Part shown: positions 30,217-40,500 of the stretch, one piece after another
Layout of the letters: each line of letters starts with the position of its first letter
Position numbering within the stretch: the stretch's first letter is position 1
IMG/VR virus record: IMGVR_UViG_3300046694_000296
Span: 151,657-215,656 of that record
Strand: one strand, 5' to 3'
DNA: 64,000 nt
Notes under the pieces: generated by a model
Told to the model about the DNA's origin: nothing
Databases searched by the model: none
What the model saw: only the letters and a program-made list of their open reading frames with translations
Program-made: the position numbers and the translations under genes

Positions 30217-31035
30217 ATGAAGTGTCCTCACTGTGGTTCCGAGGGTCGAATTCACGTCCAAGTGTCTTTGAGTGCACCCGGAAGCATGTATCGACAGTTC
30301 TCCAAGCAGAATTTGCGGAGCAAAGAGGTCCACCTCCAAGGTGTTCTTTGGGAAACGACGGACTTTATCTGCGAGAGCAAGGACTGCGGTCGCGTCACCA
30401 ACGGATACGGCAACTACGTCTCGAAGCTCAAGGAGCGGGTCGACGAGCTGGAAGCGCAGCTGGCCGCGCTCGCCGCCTACGCCACCGCCGCCAACCCGAT
30501 GACCGAGGAGGGCGACCGGGTGGCAAACGGCCGCTCACGACTGCGCGAAGCGTATTGCAAGCAGCAGCCGCTTCCGGTGCCCGACCAGATGGCGCTGGTG
30601 TTCCGCGCGGACCTTATGCGCGTCGAGAACCAGAACATGCAATACGCCACGCATCGTCGATTCCTGATGGAGCGCGAGGATGCGATCAAGCACGCGATCG
30701 GCGACTACTACATGGCGCTCGACCTGCGCGCGCACGGCAGCGTCGCGGCCGGCGACGCCCTCGCCAAGATCCAGAACGTGCTCGGCATGCGCTGGAAGCA
30801 GAACGAAGAACTCACGCGCCGCCTCGGTGAAGCCGCGCAGACTGCCGCAGTGCCGCCCATGCTCGAAGGCACGTGGCTCATCACGCAGGGCAACGGCCGC
30901 CAATACACGGTGCACAGCAGCGCCAAAGCGAACATCGCGCGTGACTGCGGTTACACGGTCGAAGAGATCCGTCGCGACGCCGAGAGCGCACCGGGACAAT
31001 CGAATCAATGCATCACCACGGGGAACCAAGCATGA
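30217..31035 (+). CDS. hypothetical mosaic protein with N-terminal zinc ribbon
   Basis: CPHC...CESKDC; 5' part lower GC than 3' part. Confidence 0.55.
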   Translation: MKCPHCGSEGRIHVQVSLSAPGSMYRQFSKQNLRSKEVHLQGVLWETTDFICESKDCGRVTNGYGNYVSKLKERVDELEAQLAALAAYATAANPMTEEGDRVANGRSRLREAYCKQQPLPVPDQMALVFRADLMRVENQNMQYATHRRFLMEREDAIKHAIGDYYMALDLRAHGSVAAGDALAKIQNVLGMRWKQNEELTRRLGEAAQTAAVPPMLEGTWLITQGNGRQYTVHSSAKANIARDCGYTVEEIRRDAESAPGQSNQCITTGNQA

Positions 31036-31577
31036 AAACGCAGCAGCAAAGCGCCTTCGACGCGCTCAAGAAGCAGCTCCACGACGACGAGGATATGGCG
31101 TGGGCCTGGCACTGCAACATCGCGATGGCCGTCTACGACACTACGCAGCCGGCGGTCGATCACCACAACAAGCACCGCTTCGCCAACGAGGGGGCCGCGC
31201 GCACGCTGAGCCGTCTGTTCGACGTGGATATGACGAAGCATCCGCATTGGGAGGATATGAAGGCGGGCTGGGCGATCCTCGACCAGCAGCGCGCCGCCCT
31301 TCGCGCGCCGGAAGAGGGCGAGGTGTGGCTGCACCGCAAGGGTGACCGCTACACGGTGATCGGCACGACCGACGCGCCCGATGCCGGGAAGGCCGACAAG
31401 TTCCCGCGCGTGGTGTTCTACCGCGGCCCGGACGGTCGGAAGTGGTCGCGCCCGCTCTTGAGCTTCCTCGAGTCCTTCACGCTGGTGCCGGTGGAAACGC
31501 AACCCGGCTCGCCCAACTTCGACGGCGCAGAAGCCTACGAAGCGCATCTGCGCGCCACCGCGGGAGCGCAGGCATGA
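31032..31577 (+). CDS. hypothetical protein with DUF1653-like C-terminal domain
   Basis: WLHRKGDRYTVIG...VVFYRGPDGRKWSRPL..F. Confidence 0.6.
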   Translation: MKTQQQSAFDALKKQLHDDEDMAWAWHCNIAMAVYDTTQPAVDHHNKHRFANEGAARTLSRLFDVDMTKHPHWEDMKAGWAILDQQRAALRAPEEGEVWLHRKGDRYTVIGTTDAPDAGKADKFPRVVFYRGPDGRKWSRPLLSFLESFTLVPVETQPGSPNFDGAEAYEAHLRATAGAQA

Positions 31578-32613
31578 AGCTCACCCCGTGGTTCCCGCCG
31601 GACACGAAGCCTGTCCGTCCCGGCATTTACATGGTGGAGGCGACTAACCTCTGGTGGCGCTATTGGGACGGCGAACGCTGGCACTTTGGGGTGAGTGTTT
31701 CGGAAGAAGTGCCCGCTCCGACACGCGCCTCGAAATGGAATATCGCGCCGAATCAGAACGTCGCGTGGCGCGGCTGCGCAGAGGAGCAACCATGCCTGAG
31801 CTCCTGACCGACGAAGAGATCGAGGCGATCACCCGCGCCGCCTACACGGGCGGTAAGGGCGATCCCGAGCGCGACGTGCGCCGCCTGCTCATGCACACGG
31901 AAGTGCAGGGCGGGGCGCTCAAGGCTGTGGACGAGTTCTTCGCCATGCGTGAGAAGGAACTCGGCAGCCTGTCCAAAGAAGCCGCAAGCGTGCACAAGCT
32001 GGTGCGCGCAGCACGGGGGATCAAGGAATGACCGACGAGCAGAAAACGCAGCTGGAAGCGATCGTCGCGTGCCGGCCCGACTTCCTGCTGCATCACATCG
32101 AGCACGACACCAACTACGACGCCAAGCTGCTGAAGAAGGTGTTCGAGCTGGCGAAGGAGCGCGCGAACGCGCTGCTGGAGAGGGACGCGCTCTACACGAT
32201 GGGTCAGATGCGCGACTACGCGCTTGGGTTCCACGAGTTGCGGGTCGGGGAACTGCGAGTCGATGCCGAGCGGTATCGACTCGTGCGGCAGGGCAAGGCG
32301 TTGACTGTGCGCGTGCCCGTGAAAGACAAGCAGATCATCTACTACCTCGCGGACAAGCCTGAGCCGGGCTTTCCCGAAGCCTATGACGCCGCGGTGGACG
32401 CGGCGCGAGGGGTATCGCGATGAGGATCACGATCACCACCGCGCCGGCCCGCCGTAAGCCGCAGGTGGGCGACCGCAAGCTCATCAACGGCGTGGTCCAC
32501 GTTCGCAAGCTGAAGCATTGCCGGGACGCGTATGGGCGCGTCATCGGCGTCGACAAAACAGGCGGGCGCTATCACTACGAGTGGGCGCCGGTCGTCACGC
32601 AGGAGAAGGCAGC

Positions 32614-33159
32614 ATGATGACGTTGCAGCAGTTCTATCTGACGAAGATCGCGGAAGAGGCGGCGGAAGTCGCCAAGATCGCGTTGAAGGCGCAGCAATTC
32701 GGGTTGACCGAGGTTCAACCCGGGCGCGAAGCGAGCAATGCCGAGCGCATGTATGCGGAGCTCAATGACCTGAACGCGATGGTGCTGGAACTCAACCGCG
32801 TCGGCTTCGGGCAGTTCTACTACCAAGCCAATCACGCGGCGATGTCCGTGAAGATGCAGAAATGCGAGAAGTATCTCGGCTACTCACGCTCGCTGGGCCT
32901 GGTCGAGCAGCCGCAGCCGGTATCGCTCGAATACGTCGAAGGCATGATGGAGTCGATGAACATGGAGCTCGCGGTCGAGACGTCCCTGCGCGAAGAAGTG
33001 ACGTTCAACGGCCACACCGCCGTCGTCGAGCAACGCTATGACAGCCAGGAGCGCCGCTACGGCCAGTGGATCATCGACGGGCTGGAGATGGACTACTACA
33101 AGGCGGTCGTCGCGCTGATGAAGCCGAAGGTGGTGCACACCGAGCAGGTGGCGGCGTGA
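32614..33159 (+). CDS. small MazG-like domain protein
   Basis: LTKIAEEAAEVAK.ALK..FG...AELNDL. Confidence 0.55.
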   Translation: MMTLQQFYLTKIAEEAAEVAKIALKAQQFGLTEVQPGREASNAERMYAELNDLNAMVLELNRVGFGQFYYQANHAAMSVKMQKCEKYLGYSRSLGLVEQPQPVSLEYVEGMMESMNMELAVETSLREEVTFNGHTAVVEQRYDSQERRYGQWIIDGLEMDYYKAVVALMKPKVVHTEQVAA

Positions 33160-33565
33160 GCGACGGCGAGGCATTGCGGCGCGAATTGAAGGCGGGCGAT
33201 CAAATCATCGCGACGGATATCGCCTTTTTCAGACACGCGCCGGATAAGCAATCGCAGCACATTGGCGATCTGCTGATGGTCAACAACCCGCGTATCGGCG
33301 ACGCTGTTGGCGGTGTGTCGCTGAACAACCGGCCGGGCGAGTCGAGCCGAATCGGGCTAGGCAGCTCGCTGGTGGTCGGCAAGTTTCGTCGAGCAACACC
33401 CGACGACCCCGGCTACTTGGCAACCCGCGAGCAGTGGTTCGCCATCAAGAACTTGGAGATCGAGAAGCTGCAAGCTCGGCTATGGGCGAAGGGAGTGGAT
33501 TTTTGGGCCGTTCTCTCAGTCGCAGTTTTGCTGGCTGTTTGTCTGGTCACGAAAGGCAGTGTCCA

Positions 33566-33916
33566 ATGAGACTCCTAATCTGCGGCGGCCGAGACTTTGA
33601 GAACCTGCCGTGGGCATTCGAGAAGCTCGATGCGTTCCGGCGGGCCAATGCGGTCACGGTGGTGATCCACGGTGATGCGCGAGGTGCCGACACCATCGGG
33701 GGAAAATGGGCTGACACGCGCGGGATACCGGTCGAAAAGTATCCCGCCGACTGGGCCCGCCTCCGCAACGCAGCGGGGCCGGCTCGCAACGCGCAGATGC
33801 TCCGCGAGGGCAAGCCCGATCACGTGTTCGTGCTGCCGGGAGGACGGGGCACTGCGAACATGGTCATTCAGGCAAAGGAGGCGGGCGTGCCGATTACGTT
33901 CGCGAAGGGATTATGA
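33566..33916 (+). CDS. SLOG-family (YspA/DUF2493-like) protein
   Basis: LLICGGRDF, VIHGDARGAD, AGPARN.QM, PGGRGTANM. Confidence 0.85.
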   Translation: MRLLICGGRDFENLPWAFEKLDAFRRANAVTVVIHGDARGADTIGGKWADTRGIPVEKYPADWARLRNAAGPARNAQMLREGKPDHVFVLPGGRGTANMVIQAKEAGVPITFAKGL

Positions 33917-34089
33917 GCCTCAAGCACGAGAACGATCCAGTGATGAACATCATCGCGCCGGAGGACATTCCGACCGAGTGCGTGCACAACGGATGCGGCG
34001 CGCGCACGACGCTCATCGAAACACACGCCAACTACACGCACGAGGAATGCGTCATGTGCGGGCAGCAGTATCACGTCTATCAGGACTGA
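33913..34089 (+). CDS. small zinc-ribbon protein (below ORF-track cutoff)
   Basis: MSLKHENDP...CVHNGC...CVMC; ATGA-coupled. Confidence 0.5.
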   Translation: MSLKHENDPVMNIIAPEDIPTECVHNGCGARTTLIETHANYTHEECVMCGQQYHVYQD

Positions 34090-34092
34090 ACC

Positions 34093-34578
34093 ATGAGCAA
34101 GGACAAGACCGCCTACGTGAGCCGCGAAGGGCATCGACTCCAGAGGGTCGAGTGGCAACGCCTGCGTGCCGACAACGCCTACCGCACGGTTCGGGCGTTC
34201 GAGAACGACACGATTGGCGTGACCGCCGAGTGGGTGGGTATCGGCCAGAATCCGCAGACCGTGCCGCCCCAGCACTGGAAGCTCTACCGCCTGACGGTCG
34301 AGAACATCGTGCGCGCCGACGCAGAAGGGAATCCGCTGCCGGTGCCGCGCCGCACGGTCGATCCAAGCCTCACGCGCGACTTTCGCACCGAGCAGGAAGC
34401 GATCGACGCCTACGAAGACGCACTGGTGCGTTTCGGTGGTTGTGAGTGGTTGCCCGCGCCCGACGGCGCGACTGGCCCGCTCTTTGTCGAGCACGGCAAC
34501 AAGTTGCAGGTGGGCGAAAGCAAGATCGACGTGCGCGAGCTGGCCGATGACGTCGCGGACCTCGCCGGGAGCTGGTGA
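34093..34578 (+). CDS. hypothetical protein ending ...DLAGSW
   Basis: First gene of a four-gene coupled run. Confidence 0.65.
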   Translation: MSKDKTAYVSREGHRLQRVEWQRLRADNAYRTVRAFENDTIGVTAEWVGIGQNPQTVPPQHWKLYRLTVENIVRADAEGNPLPVPRRTVDPSLTRDFRTEQEAIDAYEDALVRFGGCEWLPAPDGATGPLFVEHGNKLQVGESKIDVRELADDVADLAGSW

Positions 34579-34826
34579 TGACGGAATGCGATGAAGTCGC
34601 CGAAGGGATGCGCGACGATTTTCTCGGCTGGATTCGCGCCGAAGAGCGCGAGTTGTCGCACTACGCGGCGCGCAGATTCGTGACCGCGCAGATGCCCGAC
34701 GAGACACCGACGATCCGCGATGACGTGTCCTTGAGCCTCTTCGCCATCGCGCGGGTGCATGTGCACGACCACACGATGCGCCAGAAGATCGCTGAGATGG
34801 ACAGTCCGATGGCCGGGAGTTGGTGA
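34578..34826 (+). CDS. small paralog 1 ending ...SPMAGSW
   Basis: TGATG coupling; F..W / AAR.FV similarity to the next two genes. Confidence 0.65.
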   Translation: MTECDEVAEGMRDDFLGWIRAEERELSHYAARRFVTAQMPDETPTIRDDVSLSLFAIARVHVHDHTMRQKIAEMDSPMAGSW

Positions 34827-35086
34827 TGGCACGGGATCGCAGCGGGGAAGCCCGGCGGTGGGTGCCGTCGTTCGCACAGTGGCTCGTCGAGAACAAGATG
34901 GAGCTCGATGGGTATGCCGCCTACATCTATGCGCGCAAGGTCGTCGTGCCGGATAGCGGCCGTCAATACCAGAAAGAGATCGGCGTGGCACTGCTCAAGC
35001 TGGCGCAGCAGGAATACGAAGTCGAGGCTCAGAAGCGAGAGCGCGACGAGGAGATGGCGAGCAACCCATTGGCCGGGAGTTGGTGA
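34826..35086 (+). CDS. small paralog 2 ending ...NPLAGSW
   Basis: TGATG coupling. Confidence 0.65.
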   Translation: MARDRSGEARRWVPSFAQWLVENKMELDGYAAYIYARKVVVPDSGRQYQKEIGVALLKLAQQEYEVEAQKRERDEEMASNPLAGSW

Positions 35087-35355
35087 TGGCAGAAGCCTCA
35101 AGAATCACTGCCGCGAACATGCTTCATGATTTCATGCGCTGGCTCGCGAAGGAAGGCTATGTGGTGGACGCCCTCGCGGCGCGCGAGTTCGTTGCCAAGC
35201 GACTACCGCACCAGTCCATCGACTATCGCATGAGCGTCGTCCACAAGCTGCTCGAACTGGCGGAACGGGAAGCGAAGAAGGCGCGCGAGCAGCACGAGGC
35301 ATCGCCGCCTCAAGATGAAGATTCAGCCGGCAGCCCATTGGCGGGTAGCTGGTAA
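35086..35355 (+). CDS. small paralog 3 ending ...SPLAGSW
   Basis: TGATG coupling; followed by terminator. Confidence 0.65.
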   Translation: MAEASRITAANMLHDFMRWLAKEGYVVDALAAREFVAKRLPHQSIDYRMSVVHKLLELAEREAKKAREQHEASPPQDEDSAGSPLAGSW

Positions 35356-35381
35356 CGGTTTGTCCATGAGTGGTTGGTTTT

Positions 35382-35410
35382 CAGGGGCGCCTTTGGGCGC
35401 CTCTTTTTTT
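35382..35410 (+). terminator. intrinsic terminator
   Basis: AGGGGCGCC-TTTG-GGCGCCTCT then T7. Confidence 0.8.
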
Positions 35411-35668
35411 GCCTCCAGCGCGCAGCCAAGCCTCGCGTGCTATTCGCGCGCCCGCACGCATTCCCTGTTAGCAAAAACGCATCCGAGATGCGAGTGCCGG
35501 GGCCAAAGACCCGTCTTTAAAGTCTCTCTTGTCGCGACGCACTAAGCGACGCGAGACAGGGAAGGGCAAAACGGTCCAGCACCATGCGATACGCGCCTTC
35601 TCCCGGTCGTGAAAATTGAAACCAGCGCGAACACAGCGCAAACCAATCTCACTCAGGAGAAATACGCC

Positions 35669-36721
35669 ATGTCCAAGAAAGCCAACGCCTCGAAGAAGTC
35701 CCTCGTCGTCAACATGATCGGTGCCGCCGAAGCCGCACCGATGGACGCTGATCTCGCAGCGCTCCTGAACGTGCTCGAAGTGCCGGGCGCTGCCGACGCA
35801 AGCGCGCCGACCATCGAGGTGATCGAGCAAGCCAATGCGCCGGTCATCGAAGCCGGGGGCGACATCATCGAGTCCGCTGATGTCGAAACGCTCGACCTGT
35901 CCGAGTCGCTTGCTGCGCTCGAAGACAGCGCGCCGATCATTGCGCTGCCTGAGCTGCTGCCCGAGACGCCTGCGGTGATCGAAATCCCCGCCGAAGTCCT
36001 CGCGGGTGGTGAATCCGCTGAGCTCGACGCGGTGCTCGCCAGCATCGAGGTGCAAAACAGCTACGCCGCAGCGCCCACGGGTGACGTCGATCCGACGATC
36101 GAAGCCGCGACCGAACAAGAAGTCGCAGCCGCCACCGAAGAGCTGCCCGCGGTCGCCGCAGAGCCGGACGAAGAAGCGGGTGCCGCAGCGGGCGCTGCGC
36201 CTGCGAAGACCCGCACGCCGCGCGTGCACTACGCCAACAAGACCGATCGCATCAAAGCGCGCCTCGGTGCGAAGTTGGGCGACTACCTCGTCCTCGAACT
36301 CGCAGACGCCGAGCTCGACGGTGACGCCTTGAAAGCGAAGCAGGACGAGACGCTTGCGGTTATCGACGCGATGTCCGTGAAGGTGAAGAACCGCGCGAGC
36401 CTGCTGCTCGACTGGTTGTCGGGCAAGACCGCGCAGCCGAACGAGATCCTCAAGCGCGCGCTTACCGTTCTGCACGCCGACGGGAAGATCACGACCGGCG
36501 ACAACGGGAACCTCCACAAGAACCTGATCGCGAAGCCGTATTCGACGAGCGCTGCCCGCGCGATGGGCCGCAACACAATCACGGTCATGGAGAAGTGCAA
36601 GATGATCGTCGCCAGCGGGACCAAGGGCGAATACGTGCCGAACGAGAACTCGCTCTTCCTCGGTTTCGCAAACGAGATGATGGGCTTCGCCGCAGCGCCC
36701 GAAGAAGCGTCGGCAGCGTAA
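35669..36721 (+). CDS. protein with very acidic N-terminal half and possible winged-helix C-terminus
   Basis: CAGGAG RBS; E/D/A-rich N-terminal ~170 aa; C-terminus resembles 48597..49268. Confidence 0.7.
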   Translation: MSKKANASKKSLVVNMIGAAEAAPMDADLAALLNVLEVPGAADASAPTIEVIEQANAPVIEAGGDIIESADVETLDLSESLAALEDSAPIIALPELLPETPAVIEIPAEVLAGGESAELDAVLASIEVQNSYAAAPTGDVDPTIEAATEQEVAAATEELPAVAAEPDEEAGAAAGAAPAKTRTPRVHYANKTDRIKARLGAKLGDYLVLELADAELDGDALKAKQDETLAVIDAMSVKVKNRASLLLDWLSGKTAQPNEILKRALTVLHADGKITTGDNGNLHKNLIAKPYSTSAARAMGRNTITVMEKCKMIVASGTKGEYVPNENSLFLGFANEMMGFAAAPEEASAA

Positions 36722-37009
36722 GCGCGAGGGAAGCGGGCTTCGGCCCGCTTCGTCGGCCGGGCACCGCGCCTTGGAGATTGCGGGCCGGGCCCGGGATTTC
36801 GACCCATGCGCAGGTATTCCCGCGTCTATCGACGGGCAGGCAGACGCGCGGCACACGCGCAACATTTTGCGCACATACCGCAACAAATTTCTTACGAAGA
36901 TGCAACGCATCCGTGGCGGGTGGCTATACTGGACAGTAACCGCTAACTTACTAAACGCCAATGATCGGTGCGCAGAATAAGCACATCGCAACCACAACGA
37001 GAAACGACC

Positions 37010-37555
37010 ATGTTTCCGAGCAGCACGAACGACGTCCCGTATGCCTACGCCTTCGCACGCGAGTCCACGCCGGGCTACGCCTTCGTCGAGATCCAGCTGC
37101 GCCGCCTGGTGAAGAACTCCAGCGGCTACCAGCAAAACATCGACCTGATCGTCCGCACGTCCGTCAATCGCGAGTGGGACTACACCTACGCCACGAAGTT
37201 CGCGATGGCCGAGCAGCACGGCCCGGTGGAGATGCAGGAATTGAGCGACACGATGAAGGTGATGACGGCGATCGCCAAGAAGCTCAAGAAGATGGAGCTC
37301 GAGCTCGGCTACGTGAACGACTCCAACTTCCCCGAGTTCGCGCGCCGCGTGCTGGTCGCATCCGGCATCCGCACGGTGTTCGCCGAGCGCTCGTTCAATC
37401 AGGGCGCGCGGAACCGCGACGGTGATCTGCTCGCGGACGGGATTTTCGGCCTGCCGCAGCTCGATCCGAAGCAGGGCGCACGCTTCCTCGACGTGATCGG
37501 TGGTCTGGTGAAGGACACGCTTGAGAAGCGCGGCAAGCAGAAGGAGGTCGCATGA
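37010..37555 (+). CDS. hypothetical protein, first gene of small-gene array
   Basis: Downstream of TATACT and palindrome at 36925-36948. Confidence 0.6.
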   Translation: MFPSSTNDVPYAYAFARESTPGYAFVEIQLRRLVKNSSGYQQNIDLIVRTSVNREWDYTYATKFAMAEQHGPVEMQELSDTMKVMTAIAKKLKKMELELGYVNDSNFPEFARRVLVASGIRTVFAERSFNQGARNRDGDLLADGIFGLPQLDPKQGARFLDVIGGLVKDTLEKRGKQKEVA

Positions 37556-40500
37556 CCACTGCCGCGACGCAGGTCCAAATGTATTACGCCGCAGAGCGCC
37601 GCTCTGCTGAAGTCAACCTGACCTTCCTCGATCTGGTGAAGGACGGGATGACGTGCGAGGAGCTCGCCCGCAACATCGAACGCCGCCCGAGCCTCTGGCA
37701 GCGCTTCGAGCACTGGGTTCCGCACCTGCCGTCGAAGGTGACGGCATGACCGTCAACGAGTGCATCCGAGTGATGCAAGCGCTCAAGGATCAGGGGCACG
37801 GCCGCAAGCAGATCGTGCTGACCGACTGGCAAGTCAATTCGTCCATCGACACGATCCAGCTGAGCGAAGGCAAGCGCCAGCGCGTGCTGGTGTCGTTCGA
37901 CTACGGCGACCTCGATGGGGAGGACGCATGAAGCTCACCTGCAATCAGATGATCCTCCTGCTCGCGCTCTATCGCGGCTCGGTCATCGCGCACGTCGCCA
38001 CGGGCACGAAGGAGGCCGACTTCAATCGCCTTCGTGAGCTCGGCTATGTCGATGGGCTGGACTGCATCACGCGCGCCGGTGATGAGCGCGTGGTCAAGGC
38101 GCTCGCAGGTGTCGGGGTGGCCGCATGAGCACCCTCACTGTTCGCCTCTATCAATCTGGCGCTGACCGCGAAGAGGCGGTGCGCGCCGGTGTCGCGGGTG
38201 AGTTCGACGCGCTCGTGCGGCGTTACAAAGACGCCTCGATTCCGGTCCACGTGCTCGTCGGGTTCAAGCCGACCGCGCCGTATTCGAGCGACTACCACAC
38301 GGGCGGCCGACAGGGCGCGCTCCTGCGGGAAATGTGCCGTCACGCGAACGGGGTGGCCGCATGAGCATCGCTTTCTGCGACAAGCCGCTCGCCGCCGAAG
38401 GCTACACGAGCTATCGCTACAAGGGCCGCTTCGGCTGGATCATGATCGGCGCGCACGACACGGACGACGCGCTGCGTGAAGCTCGCCGCAGCACCGACGA
38501 TCCGGTGACGGTCGCCGGGCTTCAAATCTGGAATGGCAACGAATACACGGAGGTAACAGCATGACCCGCCCCTACAACGTCATCAACATCAACGGCTACA
38601 TCGTGCCCGCCACGTTTCACGACGCGCTCAAGAAGATCCTCGTCGCCATCAAGGAAGGGCGCGTCAAGGCCAAAGCAGCGCGCCGCTATGTCAAGCAGGT
38701 CAACCTCGCAGGCGACACCTGCATGTGCGCCATCGGCGCGCTGCTGACGCGGGAACAGTTGGCTGAAATCCTCGATGAGGGAATGAACGGCAAGGGGCTT
38801 TCCCGCCTTGCGACTTGGTTCGGCGCGCGCAACATCGAGGCGATGACGGCCATGACGTCGTGGGATTCCGGCTGGTTGCAGGCAAATTTTGACAGCTACG
38901 CCGAAGACGACGCGATGCCTGCCTTCGAGGTGCGCCTACTCCGCTACATGGATGAGAAGCCCAACTACCCGAACCCCGCCATCGAACACACCGGCGCGTG
39001 GCACTTCCCGGTGAGCCTGACGGCATAAGCACGCCCGACGAAATGTGGAAGTGTCAGGACGGTCGCCTCATCGCAGTCGGCGACATGACCGAGGCCCACG
39101 CCAAGAACGTGCTGCGCATGATCCTGCGCAATAACCGCCAGCGCCGCGCGTTGCAAGCCGATCTCGATCGCCTCGAAGTCTCGCTACGCGAGATGGTGGA
39201 AGAGCATCGCAAGTGGGGCAGCGATTGAATCCAGCCGGGCGCCACAGCCCGGTCGGGAGAATTCACACATCGACAACGCGCACAGGGAGCGCACAGCATG
39301 AAATGGTTGATCCTCAAAGAGCCCATCGCTGCCGAGCTGGGCACGCCGCCTGACTCCATCGGGCACGGGCGCGTGAAGCCTGCCCATCGTCCGGTGATCG
39401 ACGCGATCAACGCCGAAGCGCGCGAGCAGTTCCTCGCCGAATACACGGTCCTGTGGCCGTATGAGTTCCAGCTCCTCGATGACGACGGTGCCGTCTACTT
39501 CGAGGGCAAGTGCGGCGACATCGCGCTCGCGCCGGCCGACGAAGCATTCGCGCCGCTCGACTGGGCCAAGAACGACTCGGGCTGCACGGAGCTGCGCTAC
39601 CGCAAGGTGGGCGCCGACAAATGGGAGACGCTATGACCGTCCTCTACGAAGCGGTGCGCGAATTCCTCGAACGGGCCAAGGGCGACGATCTAGTCGATGC
39701 GCTCACAGACCTGCGCGACGCCTACGTGAACACGACCGTCGCCGACGGTGGGCTGATCGAAGCCGCACGCGACCGTTACGCGCTCGGGAGCAGCGACAAC
39801 ATCGAAATCGACGACGGCGCGCTGACGTCCATCGGCGACGAGGGCACATGGGTGCAGGCGTGGGTCTGGATGGAACACGAGGACGACGAAGACGACTGCG
39901 GCTGCCCGCTCGGTTTGCTGAAAGGTGAGACGTGTGGCGTTTGCGGGAAGACCACCTGATGCGCCTCATCTTCTTCCCGAAGTCGTTGCCTAATCCGTTC
40001 ACCATCGCGCTGTCAGGCATGACCGTCGATGATTTCGGCAATCAGATCCACCTGGAGGGCAACGCGCAGTGGTTCGCCGCCGCGAACTTCAGCGACGAAA
40101 ACTACTTCGACGCATCGACCGGCTTCGGCCCGCTCGGTTGGCGCGAAGCCATGAATAAGTAAGGGGTTACTCATGCACCTGACAGCAAGAGAGCGTCGCC
40201 TCATGAAAGCGGCACCCACCCTGAGCACGACGCAGCGCGTGTCCATCGCCCGTCATTGGCCCAAGTCGCGCGGGCAAGCGGCGACGGTCCTGTCTGCTGA
40301 GCATGTGGCGCGCGATGCGAACTACCCGGACATCGACCAGACCGGCAAGGGCCAGTTCAAGGGCAAGTGCAATCGCACGGCGTGCGAAGAGCGGGGCGAG
40401 GACATCGCATGGTGGAACCGCCCGATGCGGGCCTTCTACTGCTCGGACTGCCGCCGCGAGATCAGCCGCTTCGACGACTACCGCGGCACGCCGCAGCAGA

